61,525 bases of DNA from Thermoplasmata archaeon (GCA_021827405.1 JAKAVY010000005.1:1-61525); one strand, 5' to 3'. Shown: positions 15,268 through 25,762, counted from the stretch's first letter. Numbers and translations are program-made. Notes: generated by a model from the letters alone, not told the origin.

Positions 15268-17226
15268 TCAGAGGCTCACGGGAAGAGGCAGGGCATCCCT
15301 ATGCCGGGCGCGCTCCTCCCGGAGCTTCCCGCCGGCCCGGCCGGCCAGGTCGAAGTAGGCCCGGTAGACCTCCTGCTCCTTCGTGAGGTGGGCCCGGAGC
15401 TTCGTGACCGCCTCGGCGTGGACCCGGGCGAGCCCCGGGTCCTTCATCAGCCCGTGGCGGACCCATCCCCGGCCCCAGCCGGAGAGCGCATGCCGGCTGT
15501 GCGGCAGGAAGCGTCCCCCCCTGCGCTCCACCCGGGAGAGGTGGAGCAGGAGCCCGAAGGCCTCGAGCCGCTCCCGGTCCGAGTCCAGCAGGGGGTCGGT
15601 CCCGGCCCCCTTCTCGGCGGAACCCCCGTACGGGAAGGGTTCCCCAAAGGCCCGGCGCCAGGCCTCGGCGAGCCCGCTGAGCCGGACGAGAGCGGGGAAC
15701 CCCTCCTCCTCCAGGAAGACCCGGCTCTCGGAAAGCGGCGGAGAGGCAAAGGCCTCGAACAGCGCGCTGAGCGCCAGCAGCAGCGCGGAGGGACGGAAGA
15801 CCCTCCGGTCCAGGACCCGCTGCACGGTGGAGAGGAGCGCGCTCTCCACGGCCAGCGCCAGGAGGAAGGGTTCCCGCTCGCTCTCTGGCAGGCGGCGGAA
15901 GGTCCGTTCGGCCCGTTCCAAGGTGAAGAAGGGGTCCACCCAGCGCACGTAGCGCGCGTGCAGGTCCTTGAGCTCCAAGCGGACCGCCGGGGCCCCCCGG
16001 GCCACGTGGAGGCGGATCCCCATGGCCCGGTGGGTGGCCTGGATGGTCCCGCGGACCAGGGGGAGACCGTTGAGCGGCTGCGGAGGGGCCCGGGCCCCCG
16101 GGACCCCCACCTTGAGGTCCGAGCCCGGCGGGAGGGCACCCCAGAGGTCGACCAAGACCTCCTGGCCCAAGGCCCGGCCGAGGGCGGCCGTCAGCGGGAC
16201 GACCAGGTCGCGCTGCTCCGGGGTCAACAGCAGGCTTGCGGCGTACCGGGCTGCCGGGGAGAGCCTTTCAAAGGAGAGTTCGGCCAGCGGCACCCAGGGC
16301 GGGGTCCCCTGGAGATGGTGTTCCAGGTCGCGGATCCGCTCGGGGACCCGCTCCCGGAGCAGGGCCAGCAGTTCCCCGTCCCCCCCTTCCCGGACGGTGA
16401 CGGCGAAGCGTTCCCGGGCCTCAGGTCCGGCGTTGAGGAAGTAGGCCCGGAGGGCCCGGGCCAGGAGGAGGTCGGCCACCCGGTTCCGGGGTTCGTCGTG
16501 GATCCGGACCTGCAGATGGTGCCGGGCGAGGAGGAGCTGCTCGGCGAAGTAGGCCCGGTCCCGGTTCAGCACGAGCCCGCCCCGGGGGTCCCGCCAGAAG
16601 AGGGAGGGGAGCAGGTGCACGTCGATCCCGGACGGGAAGCCGCAGTGGTGGTTGTCCCGGACGATGTAGTCGATCCGGTCCGCATCGATCTCCCCGTGGA
16701 CGAGGGCGTTGAGCGTGGGGTCCTTCCCCACTCCCACGGCGATCTCCGCCACCTCCCGGGACGTGATGCCGCGGAACTCCGGGTGGGAGGAGAGCCGTTC
16801 CCTGAGCTCGGGGTCGCTCGTCACGCGCTGCCGGGTGACCTCCTCGTGGGAGACCTGGGAGAGGAGCTCGGGGGACCGGAGCTCCCGGCCGTAGAGCCGG
16901 GCCGCCAGCTCCAGGGTGTGCGAGAAGGGCGGATGCCCCACATCGTGGAAGAGGCCGCCGAGCCGGACCCTAAGGAGGTCCTTCGCCGAGATCCCTTCGA
17001 TCCCCTGGGCCAGGAGACCGGCGGCGTGGAGCACCCCCACGGAATGTTCGAAGCGGGTGTGGTTCGCCCCCGGGAAGACCGCGTAGGCGAACCCCATCTG
17101 CCGGATCCCCTTGAGCCGGCTGACCAACGGGAGGCTCAGGAGCGCCGCCTCCCCGGCGGAAAGCGGGACGAGGCCGTAGATCGGGTCCCTGAGGTACTCC
17201 GTGTACGGGAAAGGGCTCTCAGGCAT
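15268..17226 (-). CDS. HD-domain phosphohydrolase (SAMHD1/dNTPase-like superfamily) with a ~250-aa C-terminal extension
   Basis: The product reads RFEHSVGVLHAAG...LFHDVGHPPFSHTLE...GEIDADRIDYIVRDNHHCG. The C-terminal third has no motif that I recognise. Confidence 0.85.
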   Translation of the reverse strand: MPESPFPYTEYLRDPIYGLVPLSAGEAALLSLPLVSRLKGIRQMGFAYAVFPGANHTRFEHSVGVLHAAGLLAQGIEGISAKDLLRVRLGGLFHDVGHPPFSHTLELAARLYGRELRSPELLSQVSHEEVTRQRVTSDPELRERLSSHPEFRGITSREVAEIAVGVGKDPTLNALVHGEIDADRIDYIVRDNHHCGFPSGIDVHLLPSLFWRDPRGGLVLNRDRAYFAEQLLLARHHLQVRIHDEPRNRVADLLLARALRAYFLNAGPEARERFAVTVREGGDGELLALLRERVPERIRDLEHHLQGTPPWVPLAELSFERLSPAARYAASLLLTPEQRDLVVPLTAALGRALGQEVLVDLWGALPPGSDLKVGVPGARAPPQPLNGLPLVRGTIQATHRAMGIRLHVARGAPAVRLELKDLHARYVRWVDPFFTLERAERTFRRLPESEREPFLLALAVESALLSTVQRVLDRRVFRPSALLLALSALFEAFASPPLSESRVFLEEEGFPALVRLSGLAEAWRRAFGEPFPYGGSAEKGAGTDPLLDSDRERLEAFGLLLHLSRVERRGGRFLPHSRHALSGWGRGWVRHGLMKDPGLARVHAEAVTKLRAHLTKEQEVYRAYFDLAGRAGGKLREERARHRDALPLPVSL

Positions 17227-17872
17227 CCGGGAGCTCCGGGGGGCCCGTCCCGATCCGCGGGTCCACCCGGACCCCGAGGGCCTTGAGCCGGTCCTCGGCC
17301 TCCAGGATCGCCAGGTGGAGGTCGGGGAGGGAACCTTCCACCTCGTCGAGGTACCGCAGGCACTGGCGGAGGGTCCGGCCGGCCCGGTCCGCCTCGTCGG
17401 CGGTGGGCGGCGGAGGCAGGGTCGGGGTCGGGTCCCGCACCTCGGTCTCCCCTTCGGCCTCCATCCAGGCCAGCGCGGGGTCCACCCCGAGCTCCTCCGG
17501 GTCCGGCCGCTCGGGAAGGGCGATCTCCACCGTGAGCGCGTCGGCCTGCCGCCGAAGCTCCCGGTACCGTTCCGCTCCCATGGTCTGGCGCGCCTGGTCC
17601 CCCAGGAGGTCCAGGCACCGGCGGATCTGTCCGAAGAGCAGGAAGCGGGTGGCCCTCACCCGGCGGAGCCGGGTGACGGCCTCCTCGTACTCCCGTCGGG
17701 CCACCGCCCGCCGGGGCTCCATGGGGTCCCGGGGGACGGGGGCGGGCCCGGTGGGGGGGGGAACGGGGGCGCTGGATCCACCCGGCATGTTCGGCCCTGC
17801 CCGGGGTATGGCGGGAAGCCCTCTTGAACACTTCCGCCGGGGCCGGGGACCCTCCGGGCCCGTCAGGGTCAA
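17219..17872 (-). CDS. Hypothetical helical protein, overlapping the HD gene start by 8 nt
   Basis: The coding-looking part runs from MEPRRAVARREYEEAVTRLRRV... to ...LDEVEGSLPDLHLAILEAEDRLKALGV. The start is uncertain, with candidate ATGs at 17872, 17788 and 17722. Confidence 0.5.
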   Translation of the reverse strand: MTLTGPEGPRPRRKCSRGLPAIPRAGPNMPGGSSAPVPPPTGPAPVPRDPMEPRRAVARREYEEAVTRLRRVRATRFLLFGQIRRCLDLLGDQARQTMGAERYRELRRQADALTVEIALPERPDPEELGVDPALAWMEAEGETEVRDPTPTLPPPPTADEADRAGRTLRQCLRYLDEVEGSLPDLHLAILEAEDRLKALGVRVDPRIGTGPPELPDA

Positions 17873-17928
17873 GCCGGCGGAGGAAAACGGTTAAGGGACG
17901 GCCTCCCCCTTCGCCGCGGGGAGGAAGC

Positions 17929-19380
17929 ATGGGGGGCGCTCTTCCAGGGTCCCGGACCGAACCGGACTCCACGCCGGACCGGGCCGCGGAGGAGTCCCAG
18001 CAGTCCCGGGAGGCGGAGGAGGAGACCCGGGAGATCTCCCGCCGGGCGGTGGACCTCGCCCGGCACTATGCCGGCAAGATCGAGGTGGTCCCCCGGGTGC
18101 CGGTCCGGGGCCTCCGGGACTTCGCTTACTGGTACACCCCGGGGATCGCCCAGGTCTCCCGGGAGATCCACCGGGACCCCGGGCTCGCCTTCGACCTTAC
18201 CGGGCGGTGGAACACCATCGCCATCGTGACGGACGGGTCGAGGGTCCTGGGCTTAGGTGACATGGGCCCGGAGGCGGCGCTCCCCGTGATGGAGGGGAAG
18301 GCGATGCTGTTCAAGTACCTGGGTGGGGTGGACGCCTTCCCCCTGCCCGTCCGGGTGAAGGACGCCTCCGGCCTGGTGGAGACGGTGGAGCGGCTCGAAC
18401 CGGCGCTCGGCGGGGTGAACCTGGAGGACATCGCCAGCCCGAAGTGCTTCCAGGTCCTGGACGAGCTACGCGCCCGGCTCTCCATCCCCGTCTGGCATGA
18501 CGACCAGTTGGGGACCGCGGCCGCCGTGGTCGCGGGGCTATTGAACGCCCTGAAGCTGACCGGGCGCCGGATCGAGACCGCCTCCATCGTCCTGCTCGGG
18601 GCGGGGGCCGCGAACCTGGCCACGGCCCGGCTTCTCAAGGCCCTCCACGCCGACCTGGGGGCGATGATGGTGGTGGACCAGCACGGCATCTTGAACGCGC
18701 ACCGGGAGGACATGGACTCCCTCATGCTCCACCACCGCTGGAAGTACGAGCTTGCCCTCTCCACGAACGAAGGACGGCGCAAGGGGGGCCTTCCGGAAGC
18801 CCTGGCTGGGGCCGAGGTCCTGGTGGCGGCCAGCACCCCGACGCCCGGCCTGGTCACCGCCGAGGGGATCGGGTCGATGGCCCCGGAGCCCGTGGTCTTC
18901 GCGCTCGCCAACCCGGAACCGGAGATCTGGCCGGCGGTGGCGCGCGCCGCGGGGGCCAAGGTGGTGGCCACGGGCCGGAGCGACTTCCCCAACCAGGTGA
19001 ACAACTCCCTGGTCTTCCCGGGGGTCTTCCGGGGGGTGCTGGACGCCCGGGCGCGGAGCATCCCGGACGAGGTGGTCATCACCGCGGCCCGGGAACTGGC
19101 CAAGGGGGCGGAGGCAAGGGGGATCACCCCGGAGCACATCCTTCCCACCATGGATGAGGAGGGGGTCTTCCCCCAGATGGCCGCGACCGTGGCGAGCACC
19201 TGCGTGGAGCTGGGCCTGGCGCGGGTCCACCGGAGCCGGGAGGAGTTCCTGGCGCTGGCCCGGGAACGGATGGAGCGGCCGAAGCGCCTGGCCGAAGTGC
19301 TCATCCGCAACGGTCTCATCCCTCCCATGCCCCCGGAACCGACGGGAAACCCTTCCGGGGAGATGGAGGAGGAAACGTGA
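17929..19380 (+). CDS. maeA: NAD(P)-dependent malic enzyme (oxaloacetate-decarboxylating malate dehydrogenase)
   Basis: The product reads HYAGKIEVVPRVPV...FAYWYTPGIAQVS...IAIVTDGSRVLGLGDMGPEAALPVMEGKAMLFKYLGGVDAFPL...LGAGAANLA...ALANPEPEI...NNSLVFPGVFRG. I chose the internal ATG at 17929. Confidence 0.88.
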   Translation: MGGALPGSRTEPDSTPDRAAEESQQSREAEEETREISRRAVDLARHYAGKIEVVPRVPVRGLRDFAYWYTPGIAQVSREIHRDPGLAFDLTGRWNTIAIVTDGSRVLGLGDMGPEAALPVMEGKAMLFKYLGGVDAFPLPVRVKDASGLVETVERLEPALGGVNLEDIASPKCFQVLDELRARLSIPVWHDDQLGTAAAVVAGLLNALKLTGRRIETASIVLLGAGAANLATARLLKALHADLGAMMVVDQHGILNAHREDMDSLMLHHRWKYELALSTNEGRRKGGLPEALAGAEVLVAASTPTPGLVTAEGIGSMAPEPVVFALANPEPEIWPAVARAAGAKVVATGRSDFPNQVNNSLVFPGVFRGVLDARARSIPDEVVITAARELAKGAEARGITPEHILPTMDEEGVFPQMAATVASTCVELGLARVHRSREEFLALARERMERPKRLAEVLIRNGLIPPMPPEPTGNPSGEMEEET

Positions 19381-19913
19381 CGGAGAACGCCGCGGGGGCC
19401 GAAGGGGCCGGCGAAGGGGAGACCCCGCCGGTACACGGGGTGCGGGTACGGCCGGCCACAGTCCAGGACATCCCGGTGATGGCCGGGCTTTTGGTCCGGC
19501 TCAAGCGGCTGAACGAGGAGTTCGACCCGCTACTGAAGGTGCGGGAGGATGCCGAGGAGAGGGCGGGGAAGGTCCTCCAGGCGGACCTGGGGCAGCCCCA
19601 GTCCCTTCTCCTGGTGGCGGAAGGGACCGGGCCGGACGAGGGGAAGGTGGTGGGGGTCTCCCGGGCCCTGGTCCGGGAGAGGCCCTTCTATCTGCCGGAG
19701 CGCGAGGGGGTCATCCAGGACATCTATCTCCTGCCGGCCTACCGTCGGCACCGGGTGGGGGAGTATCTCCTCTCCGAGACCGTCCGTCAGCTCAAGGGGA
19801 AGGGTGCCTCCCTGGTCACCGCGGAGTTCCCGGCCCAGAACCAGATCGCCACGCGGTTCTACGCCAAGAGGGGGTTTAGGCCCATCGTCTCCACGCACGC
19901 CAAGCGGCTCTGA
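19377..19913 (+). CDS. GNAT-family N-acetyltransferase
   Basis: The product reads VRPATVQDIPVM...IQDIYLLPAYRRHRVGEYLLSETVRQLKGKGASLV...NQIATRFYAKRGFRP, which carries the R-x-x-G-x-G/A acetyl-CoA motif. The GTG start forms a GTGA overlap with the malic enzyme stop. Confidence 0.8.
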   Translation: MTENAAGAEGAGEGETPPVHGVRVRPATVQDIPVMAGLLVRLKRLNEEFDPLLKVREDAEERAGKVLQADLGQPQSLLLVAEGTGPDEGKVVGVSRALVRERPFYLPEREGVIQDIYLLPAYRRHRVGEYLLSETVRQLKGKGASLVTAEFPAQNQIATRFYAKRGFRPIVSTHAKRL

Positions 19914-20072
19914 GCCGGACCGGGCCCCGCCTTCTCCAGGACGACGGCCTCGGGCACCGGAGCCCGCCGGTACGAACGGACCGGGGGGGACGACGGGGAG
20001 CCGCCAAAGACCCTCCGGGCCGCCGAGAACGCGGGCGTGACCCGTTCCCGCGGCCCCTCCTGGCGGAGGGGC

Positions 20073-22658
20073 TCAGGACGCGGGACGCGCTTCGGGGGCC
20101 CGTCCGGGGCCCTGGGACGGGTCCCGGGGACCGCCTCCCCTCCCCAGGGAGTGGAACCGGCGGCGGAAAAGTTCGACCGAGAGGGTGGTCCCCACCCCCA
20201 CCGCCGCGGCGATCCCCAGCGGTATGGGCCCCAGGGGAACGAACTGGAAGAGCTGGGCGAACGGGGGGAAGTAGAGGGAGGTCCCGAGGATCCCCAGGGC
20301 CAGGACCAGGACCCCCGTGAGGATCCGGTTGGGGATCCGGAGGGAACGGGGGAAACCCACCGAGGCGGAGCGGTTCAGCAGGATGAGGAACACGTTGGCC
20401 ACCACCAGGGTCGTGAACGCCTCGCTCCGGCTGGGGGCGGTCCCGAGCCCCGCGTGGAGGGCGAGGACATAGAGGGCAAAGGTCCCGGCCAGCGCCGCGC
20501 CTCCCTGCAGGAGGCTGAAGGCCAGGGCCCGCCCGTTCACCAGCGGTGCCCGCGGGTCCCGGGGCGGGGAATGCATGACCCCGGGCTCTTCCGGCTCGGC
20601 CTCGAAGGCGAGGGCTGAGGTGGGGTCGATGATGAACTGCAAGAAGACGATCTCGACCGGGAACAAGAGGATCGGGAGGCCGAAGGCCACGGGGAGGAAC
20701 GCCATGCCGGCGATGACCACGTGGACCGCCAAGAGATAGCCAATGGCCTTCTGGATGTTCCCGTAGATCCTGCGTCCGGTCCGGACCGTCTCCACGATCG
20801 TCGGGAAGGCATCGTCCAGGAGGATCAGGGAGGCCGCCTCCCGGGCCACCTCGGTCCCCCGGAGCCCCATGGCGATCCCGATGTCCGCGGCCTTGAGGGC
20901 CGGGGCGTCGTTGACGCCGTCCCCGGTCATGGCTACCACCTCCCCGTCGTCCCGGAGCGCCCGGACCAGCCGGAGCTTCTGGTCCGGCCGGAACCGGGCG
21001 TAGACCTCCACCCGGCGCACCTCGCGTCGTAGAGCGGCCGGGTCCAGCCGGTCCACCTCCGGCCCGGTGAGGACCCTCTCGGGGTGGGCCAGGCCGGCGA
21101 GGCGGGCCACGCTCCGGGCCGTCTCGGGATGGTCCCCGGTCACCAGCAGGACCCGGAGGCCGGCCTGTCGACACTCCCGGATCGCCGGGGGCACGTCGGC
21201 CCGTAGCGGGTCCCCGAAGCCCAGGAGCCCCTGGAAGGTGAGCGGGACCGACCCCGGGTCCGGGGACGGGTCCGAAGCGGAGAGCTCCCGGTAGGCCACC
21301 CCCAGGACCCGTAGCCCGCGGCGGGCCATCTCATCCGCTTCGCGGCCCCATCGTTCCCGCTCGGCGTCGGAGAGGGAAGAGCGCTCGAGAAGCACCTCGG
21401 GCGCCCCCTTGGCCGCCACCGTGAGCTGCCCCCCGGGCTGCCGCCACAAGAGGAGGGTCATCCGGGAACGTTGGGTGAAGGGGACGCGCCGGAGGAGCTC
21501 CGGAGGGAATGGGTCCTCCGTCCCACGGAGGGCGGCCCAGGCCCCGAGGATCGCCCGGTCCATCGGGTCCGGGGAGGCCGGGCCTGAGGCCAGGGCAGCG
21601 GCCAGGAGGAGGGGCTCCGCTTCGGACCGTTCCCCCGGCCCCTGGGCGTCGCCCCGGTGGGACGGAAGGTACGGTCGGACCTCCGTGACGGTCATCCGGT
21701 TGAGGGTGAGGGTCCCGGTCTTGTCCGTGCAGAGCACCGTCACCGCCCCAAGGGTGGGGATGGCCGAGAGCCGTCGGGCCAGGGCATGGCGCTCGGCGAG
21801 CCTTCGGGCGCCGAAGGCCGTGTACACCGTGAGGACGATCGGGATCTCCTCGGGGAGCAGGGCGATCGCCACCGCGATCCCCGCCAGCAGCCCCGGGATC
21901 CAGGCGTCACGGGTGACCCCGATAACGGCGGCGACCAGCAGGCTCAGGACGAGTGCCGCGGCGCTGATGGAGAGCACCAAGGCCCGGGTCTGCCGCTGGA
22001 GAAGAGGGACCTCCCGGGAGATGGAACGAAGCGCCCCGGCGATGCGGCCCACCTCGGTGCGGGCCCCCGTGGCGTGGACCCGGGCATACCCGTCGCCAGA
22101 GACGACCAGGGTCTGGGCGTAGACGAACCCCTTCCCCTCCTTTCCCGGGCGGGACCCGGGACCCTTCCCGTCCGCTGGCTCCTTGGGGACGGGCACGGAC
22201 TCCCCGGTGAGGAGGGACTCGTCGACCTGCAATCCGGCGCTCTCGAGAAGGACACCATCCGCCGGGACCCGGCTGCCCTCCGTCAGGTGCACCCAGTCCC
22301 CCGGGACCAGTTCCCGGGCCGGCCGGAGCTGCTCCTTCCCATCCCGGAGGACGAGGGCCTCGGGCTCCGAGAGCGCGGCGAGCGCGGCGAGGGCCTGCTC
22401 GGTCTGGACCCCTTGGTAGAAGTCGAGACCGATGATGACCGCCAGGAAGAGGAGGATGAGGATGGAGTCCCGAGGCTCGCCGAAGAGCAGGTAGAGGACG
22501 CCGGCCACCAGCAGGAGCAGGACGATGGGCTCCCGGACGGTCTCCAGGAGCAGCCGGACCCTGGCCCCGCCCGGGCGGGAGGGCAGCTCGTTGGCCCCTC
22601 CCTCCGCCAGGCGTCGAGCGGCTTCCGAGGAGGTCAGTCCCCTTTCCGCGGTCGGCAT
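20073..22658 (-). CDS. Cation-transporting P-type ATPase (type II, Ca2+/cation family)
   Basis: The product reads TGESVPV...LLPEEIPIVLTV...CTDKTGTLTLNRMTV...VTGDHPETA...MTGDGVNDAPALKAADIGIAMG, with about 10 TM helices. Confidence 0.92.
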   Translation of the reverse strand: MPTAERGLTSSEAARRLAEGGANELPSRPGGARVRLLLETVREPIVLLLLVAGVLYLLFGEPRDSILILLFLAVIIGLDFYQGVQTEQALAALAALSEPEALVLRDGKEQLRPARELVPGDWVHLTEGSRVPADGVLLESAGLQVDESLLTGESVPVPKEPADGKGPGSRPGKEGKGFVYAQTLVVSGDGYARVHATGARTEVGRIAGALRSISREVPLLQRQTRALVLSISAAALVLSLLVAAVIGVTRDAWIPGLLAGIAVAIALLPEEIPIVLTVYTAFGARRLAERHALARRLSAIPTLGAVTVLCTDKTGTLTLNRMTVTEVRPYLPSHRGDAQGPGERSEAEPLLLAAALASGPASPDPMDRAILGAWAALRGTEDPFPPELLRRVPFTQRSRMTLLLWRQPGGQLTVAAKGAPEVLLERSSLSDAERERWGREADEMARRGLRVLGVAYRELSASDPSPDPGSVPLTFQGLLGFGDPLRADVPPAIRECRQAGLRVLLVTGDHPETARSVARLAGLAHPERVLTGPEVDRLDPAALRREVRRVEVYARFRPDQKLRLVRALRDDGEVVAMTGDGVNDAPALKAADIGIAMGLRGTEVAREAASLILLDDAFPTIVETVRTGRRIYGNIQKAIGYLLAVHVVIAGMAFLPVAFGLPILLFPVEIVFLQFIIDPTSALAFEAEPEEPGVMHSPPRDPRAPLVNGRALAFSLLQGGAALAGTFALYVLALHAGLGTAPSRSEAFTTLVVANVFLILLNRSASVGFPRSLRIPNRILTGVLVLALGILGTSLYFPPFAQLFQFVPLGPIPLGIAAAVGVGTTLSVELFRRRFHSLGRGGGPRDPSQGPGRAPEARPAS

Positions 22659-22750
22659 GCCCTCCCCCTTGGGCCCGCTAGCCTACGGCCCCTACCCGGG
22701 CAGGGCGACCCCGGCAGAAAAGATGGCCTCGGGAGGTCGGCCGCGGCCGT

Positions 22751-25700
22751 TCAGCGCGGGGGGGCCGGTCCCTCCGGGGACCGACCCCGGGAGGAACGAC
22801 GCCGGGCCCATCGGGGACCCCACCAGGCGCGCTCCCCGGTGGTCCGGAGCAGGGCGGGCACCAGATAGGTCCGCACCACCATGGCGTCCAGGAGGACGGC
22901 GAGCCCCACCGCGAAGCCCAGGACCCTCAGGAGCACCACGTGCGCCAAGGTGAGGGAGAAGAAGGCCCCCGCGAGGATCATGCCGGCGGCGGTGATGATC
23001 CCCCCGGTGTGGGTGACGGCCTCCACCACGCTCCCGGTGTTGGGACCGGTCCGGAGCCGCTCCTCCCGGACCCGGGTCAACAGGAAGATGTTGTAGTCCA
23101 TCCCCAGCCCCATGATGAGCAGGAACAGCACCGGAGGGATGTAGAAGAACAGGCTGAGACCGAACCCGTTCACCGTGAGGAGCGCCGTGAGCGCCCACGC
23201 CCAGGCGACGGAGATCCCGATGGTGATCAGGGCGAGCGGGGGCAACAAGGCCGACCCCAGCGCGAGGAAGAGGAAGAGGAGCAATCCCACCACGATGGCC
23301 AGGAACATGAGCTCCGTGCTCTGGGCGAGCTGGTCCTTCAGGTCCTCGGTGACCGCCGGGGCCCCTCCGTAGTGGATCGCCACGAGATCCGGGTGGGTGG
23401 TGGCATAGCCGCTCAGTTCGCTCCGGAGGCTGTCCAGGGTCTGGACGGCCGCGGTGGATTGCCCGCTCTCCGTCATGTAGACCGTGAAGAGGACCGTCCT
23501 TCCGTCGGTCCCCACAAAGTCCGTGGCGGTGGCCTCCAGGCCCGCCCGAAGGGCCGGAGGGAGGGTGGGAAGGCGCAGCCAGGTGGAGAGCGCCGCCCCT
23601 TGAGGACCGAACAGCGAGCCCACCCGGGCCACTCCGCCCGAGGTGGCCAAGGTGGTGTTCACATAGGAGAGCTCGCCCAGCTCGGTGGCGTTCGGTGGCC
23701 CGCCGGCCGGGAGAGGGGGCGCCTGCAGGGTCACCAGGACGGTCATGGGGAAGACATACCCCGGGCCGAAGGCGTGCGATATCACGGAGAGCCCCTCCGC
23801 GGAAGGGGCGCTCGCCGGCAACTGGTCGAAGTAGCTGTAGTCGGAGGGGGCGGTCAACGCCACGTAGACCAGCGGGAGGGAGATCAGTGCCACCACCCCG
23901 ATGACCACCCCGGGGTGCCGGGTGGAGAACGTGCTGGCCTGGTGGAAGTAGCCCTGGCCGGCGGCGAAGCGGCGGTTCCGTTCCTCCGCATAGCGCCGGA
24001 AGCGTTCCCCGGTGTACGGCCAGAACACCCGGGGGCCCAGGAGGGTGAGCACCGCCGGGACCAAAGTCACCGCCACGAGGACCGCGATGGCCACCCCCAT
24101 GGACAGGACCTTCCCCCAGTCGGCGATGAGGCTGGTCCCGGAGAGCGCCATGGCGAGCGTGGCCAGCACCACCGCCACCCCGCTGGTGGCCACGCTCTCC
24201 CCGGCCCATCCCACCGCGGTGACCACCGCCTCCCGGGACGGGGAACCCCGGATGAGCTCCTCCTTGTACCGGGCCGTGAGGAAGACCGAGTAATCGGTGC
24301 CCACCCCCAGCACGAAGGTGAGCAGCAGCGTGACGCTGGTCTGGGTGAACGGCCCCAGCACCAGCGAGAGCAATACCATGGCCCCCAGCCCGAGCGCGAG
24401 GGCCATCCCGATCGTGGTCAGGATGACCACCGGGGCGAGCGCGGAGCGGAAGTAGACCACGATGATGCCCAACAGGAGCAGCAGGGTGACGGGCAGGATG
24501 GTGTCCGTGTCCTGGTTGATGAGGTTGGTCTCGCTGACCACCAAGGCGGCGTCCCCGGTCTGGTAGTAGGTCAGGGAGTGGGAGGGGTCCGCCCGGTTCA
24601 GGGTCGGAGGGATGAGGCCATCCAGGCTCGCGATGTCCGAAGCGACCGGGGCGCTGCTGTCGCTCCGGGAGTAGCTCAAGGAGAGGAGGGTCACGTTGTT
24701 CCCGGGGCTGAGGAAGTTCGACCGGAGGGCCGACGGGACCGGCAGCGGGTAGGTCCAGACCGTACCCGTGGCCACGACCCCGCCGGCCCAGGCCCCCAGC
24801 GCGGCCGGGGTCTCGTTCAGTCCGGGGAAGGTGGTCCACAGAAAGTCCAGCCAACCGCCGGCCAACCCGGCCGTGCCTCCGACCCAGAAGGCGCTGGCGC
24901 GCTGGACGGCGGGCCAGGAGGTGAAGTTGAGCAGTCCCAGGTGGTCGAGGACGGCCGAGCCGAGTGCGTTGGCCCGCTCCGGCGCGTGGACGGTGAGGAC
25001 GACCGCGGTCGAGCAGGCGACCACCGTGCCGGGCTGGGAGGCGCAGTCGGCCGTCCCGTTGAACCCGTTGCCCGGGACCCCCGTGCCGTTGTAGAACAGC
25101 GACAGGTTCTCCAGGGCGAGCGGGTCTCCCGCGTAGTCCCGGGCGGTCATCTCGAAGGCCGGATAGTTCCAATGGCTGGCGCCCGAGGATCCGTTGCCGA
25201 CCAACGTCTCCCAGGTGGAGGTGTACGTGTAGGCCACTCCCCAGAGGAGGGCCGCGGTCTGGTTCACGGCCGAAAGCGGCGAGGGGGTGTTCCGAAGCGC
25301 CCCGGAGAGGGTGCTCAGCCCGAGGGCGGCCTGGCCGGCCAGGTAGGCTTGATAGGCGGTGTAGAGGGTGGAGACCCCCTGGAGGGCCTGGAGCGAAGGG
25401 TCGGTGAGGATGGCACGGGTGAGGGCCAGAGTGGCGTTCCGTCCGACCGGGCCGGTGACGTTGGCCCCGGTGAGGACGATCAGACTGGAGGAGGCCGCGG
25501 TGAGATTGGGGAAGACCCGGGAAAAGAGCGCTTGGGCCTGCTGGCTGGGGCTGGAGGCGGGGAGGGTGACGGTGGAGGGGCTGGTGGCCCCGGAGACGTG
25601 GGAGAGCAGCGGGAGGGTCAGGAGAAGGAGGACCACCCAGAGGAGGATGATCCACCGGGGATGAGCGACGACCCGTCGACCCAGCCGATGGAAGGCCCGC

Positions 25701-25762
25701 TCGGGGGCCGGGGCCCGGGGAGGTCGTGGGGCCGGTTCGGAGGCATCCTTGCTCCCCCCCAT
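22751..25762 (-). CDS. MMPL/RND-superfamily membrane transporter with large extracytoplasmic domains
   Basis: There are two MMPL-type TM bundles with GVGTDYSVFLTARYKEE and GLGMDYNIFLLTRVREE. The loops are large and rich in NxT/S. The overlapping 1043-aa ORF in another minus frame (22692..25823) is R/G/P-rich shadow. Confidence 0.88.
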   Translation of the reverse strand: MGGSKDASEPAPRPPRAPAPERAFHRLGRRVVAHPRWIILLWVVLLLLTLPLLSHVSGATSPSTVTLPASSPSQQAQALFSRVFPNLTAASSSLIVLTGANVTGPVGRNATLALTRAILTDPSLQALQGVSTLYTAYQAYLAGQAALGLSTLSGALRNTPSPLSAVNQTAALLWGVAYTYTSTWETLVGNGSSGASHWNYPAFEMTARDYAGDPLALENLSLFYNGTGVPGNGFNGTADCASQPGTVVACSTAVVLTVHAPERANALGSAVLDHLGLLNFTSWPAVQRASAFWVGGTAGLAGGWLDFLWTTFPGLNETPAALGAWAGGVVATGTVWTYPLPVPSALRSNFLSPGNNVTLLSLSYSRSDSSAPVASDIASLDGLIPPTLNRADPSHSLTYYQTGDAALVVSETNLINQDTDTILPVTLLLLLGIIVVYFRSALAPVVILTTIGMALALGLGAMVLLSLVLGPFTQTSVTLLLTFVLGVGTDYSVFLTARYKEELIRGSPSREAVVTAVGWAGESVATSGVAVVLATLAMALSGTSLIADWGKVLSMGVAIAVLVAVTLVPAVLTLLGPRVFWPYTGERFRRYAEERNRRFAAGQGYFHQASTFSTRHPGVVIGVVALISLPLVYVALTAPSDYSYFDQLPASAPSAEGLSVISHAFGPGYVFPMTVLVTLQAPPLPAGGPPNATELGELSYVNTTLATSGGVARVGSLFGPQGAALSTWLRLPTLPPALRAGLEATATDFVGTDGRTVLFTVYMTESGQSTAAVQTLDSLRSELSGYATTHPDLVAIHYGGAPAVTEDLKDQLAQSTELMFLAIVVGLLLFLFLALGSALLPPLALITIGISVAWAWALTALLTVNGFGLSLFFYIPPVLFLLIMGLGMDYNIFLLTRVREERLRTGPNTGSVVEAVTHTGGIITAAGMILAGAFFSLTLAHVVLLRVLGFAVGLAVLLDAMVVRTYLVPALLRTTGERAWWGPRWARRRSSRGRSPEGPAPPR

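Noticed and set aside
15160-17286. 708-aa + strand ORF antisense to the HD phosphohydrolase
   Set aside because: It is shadow ORF with P/G/E/R-rich composition. The HD motifs are unambiguous on the minus strand.
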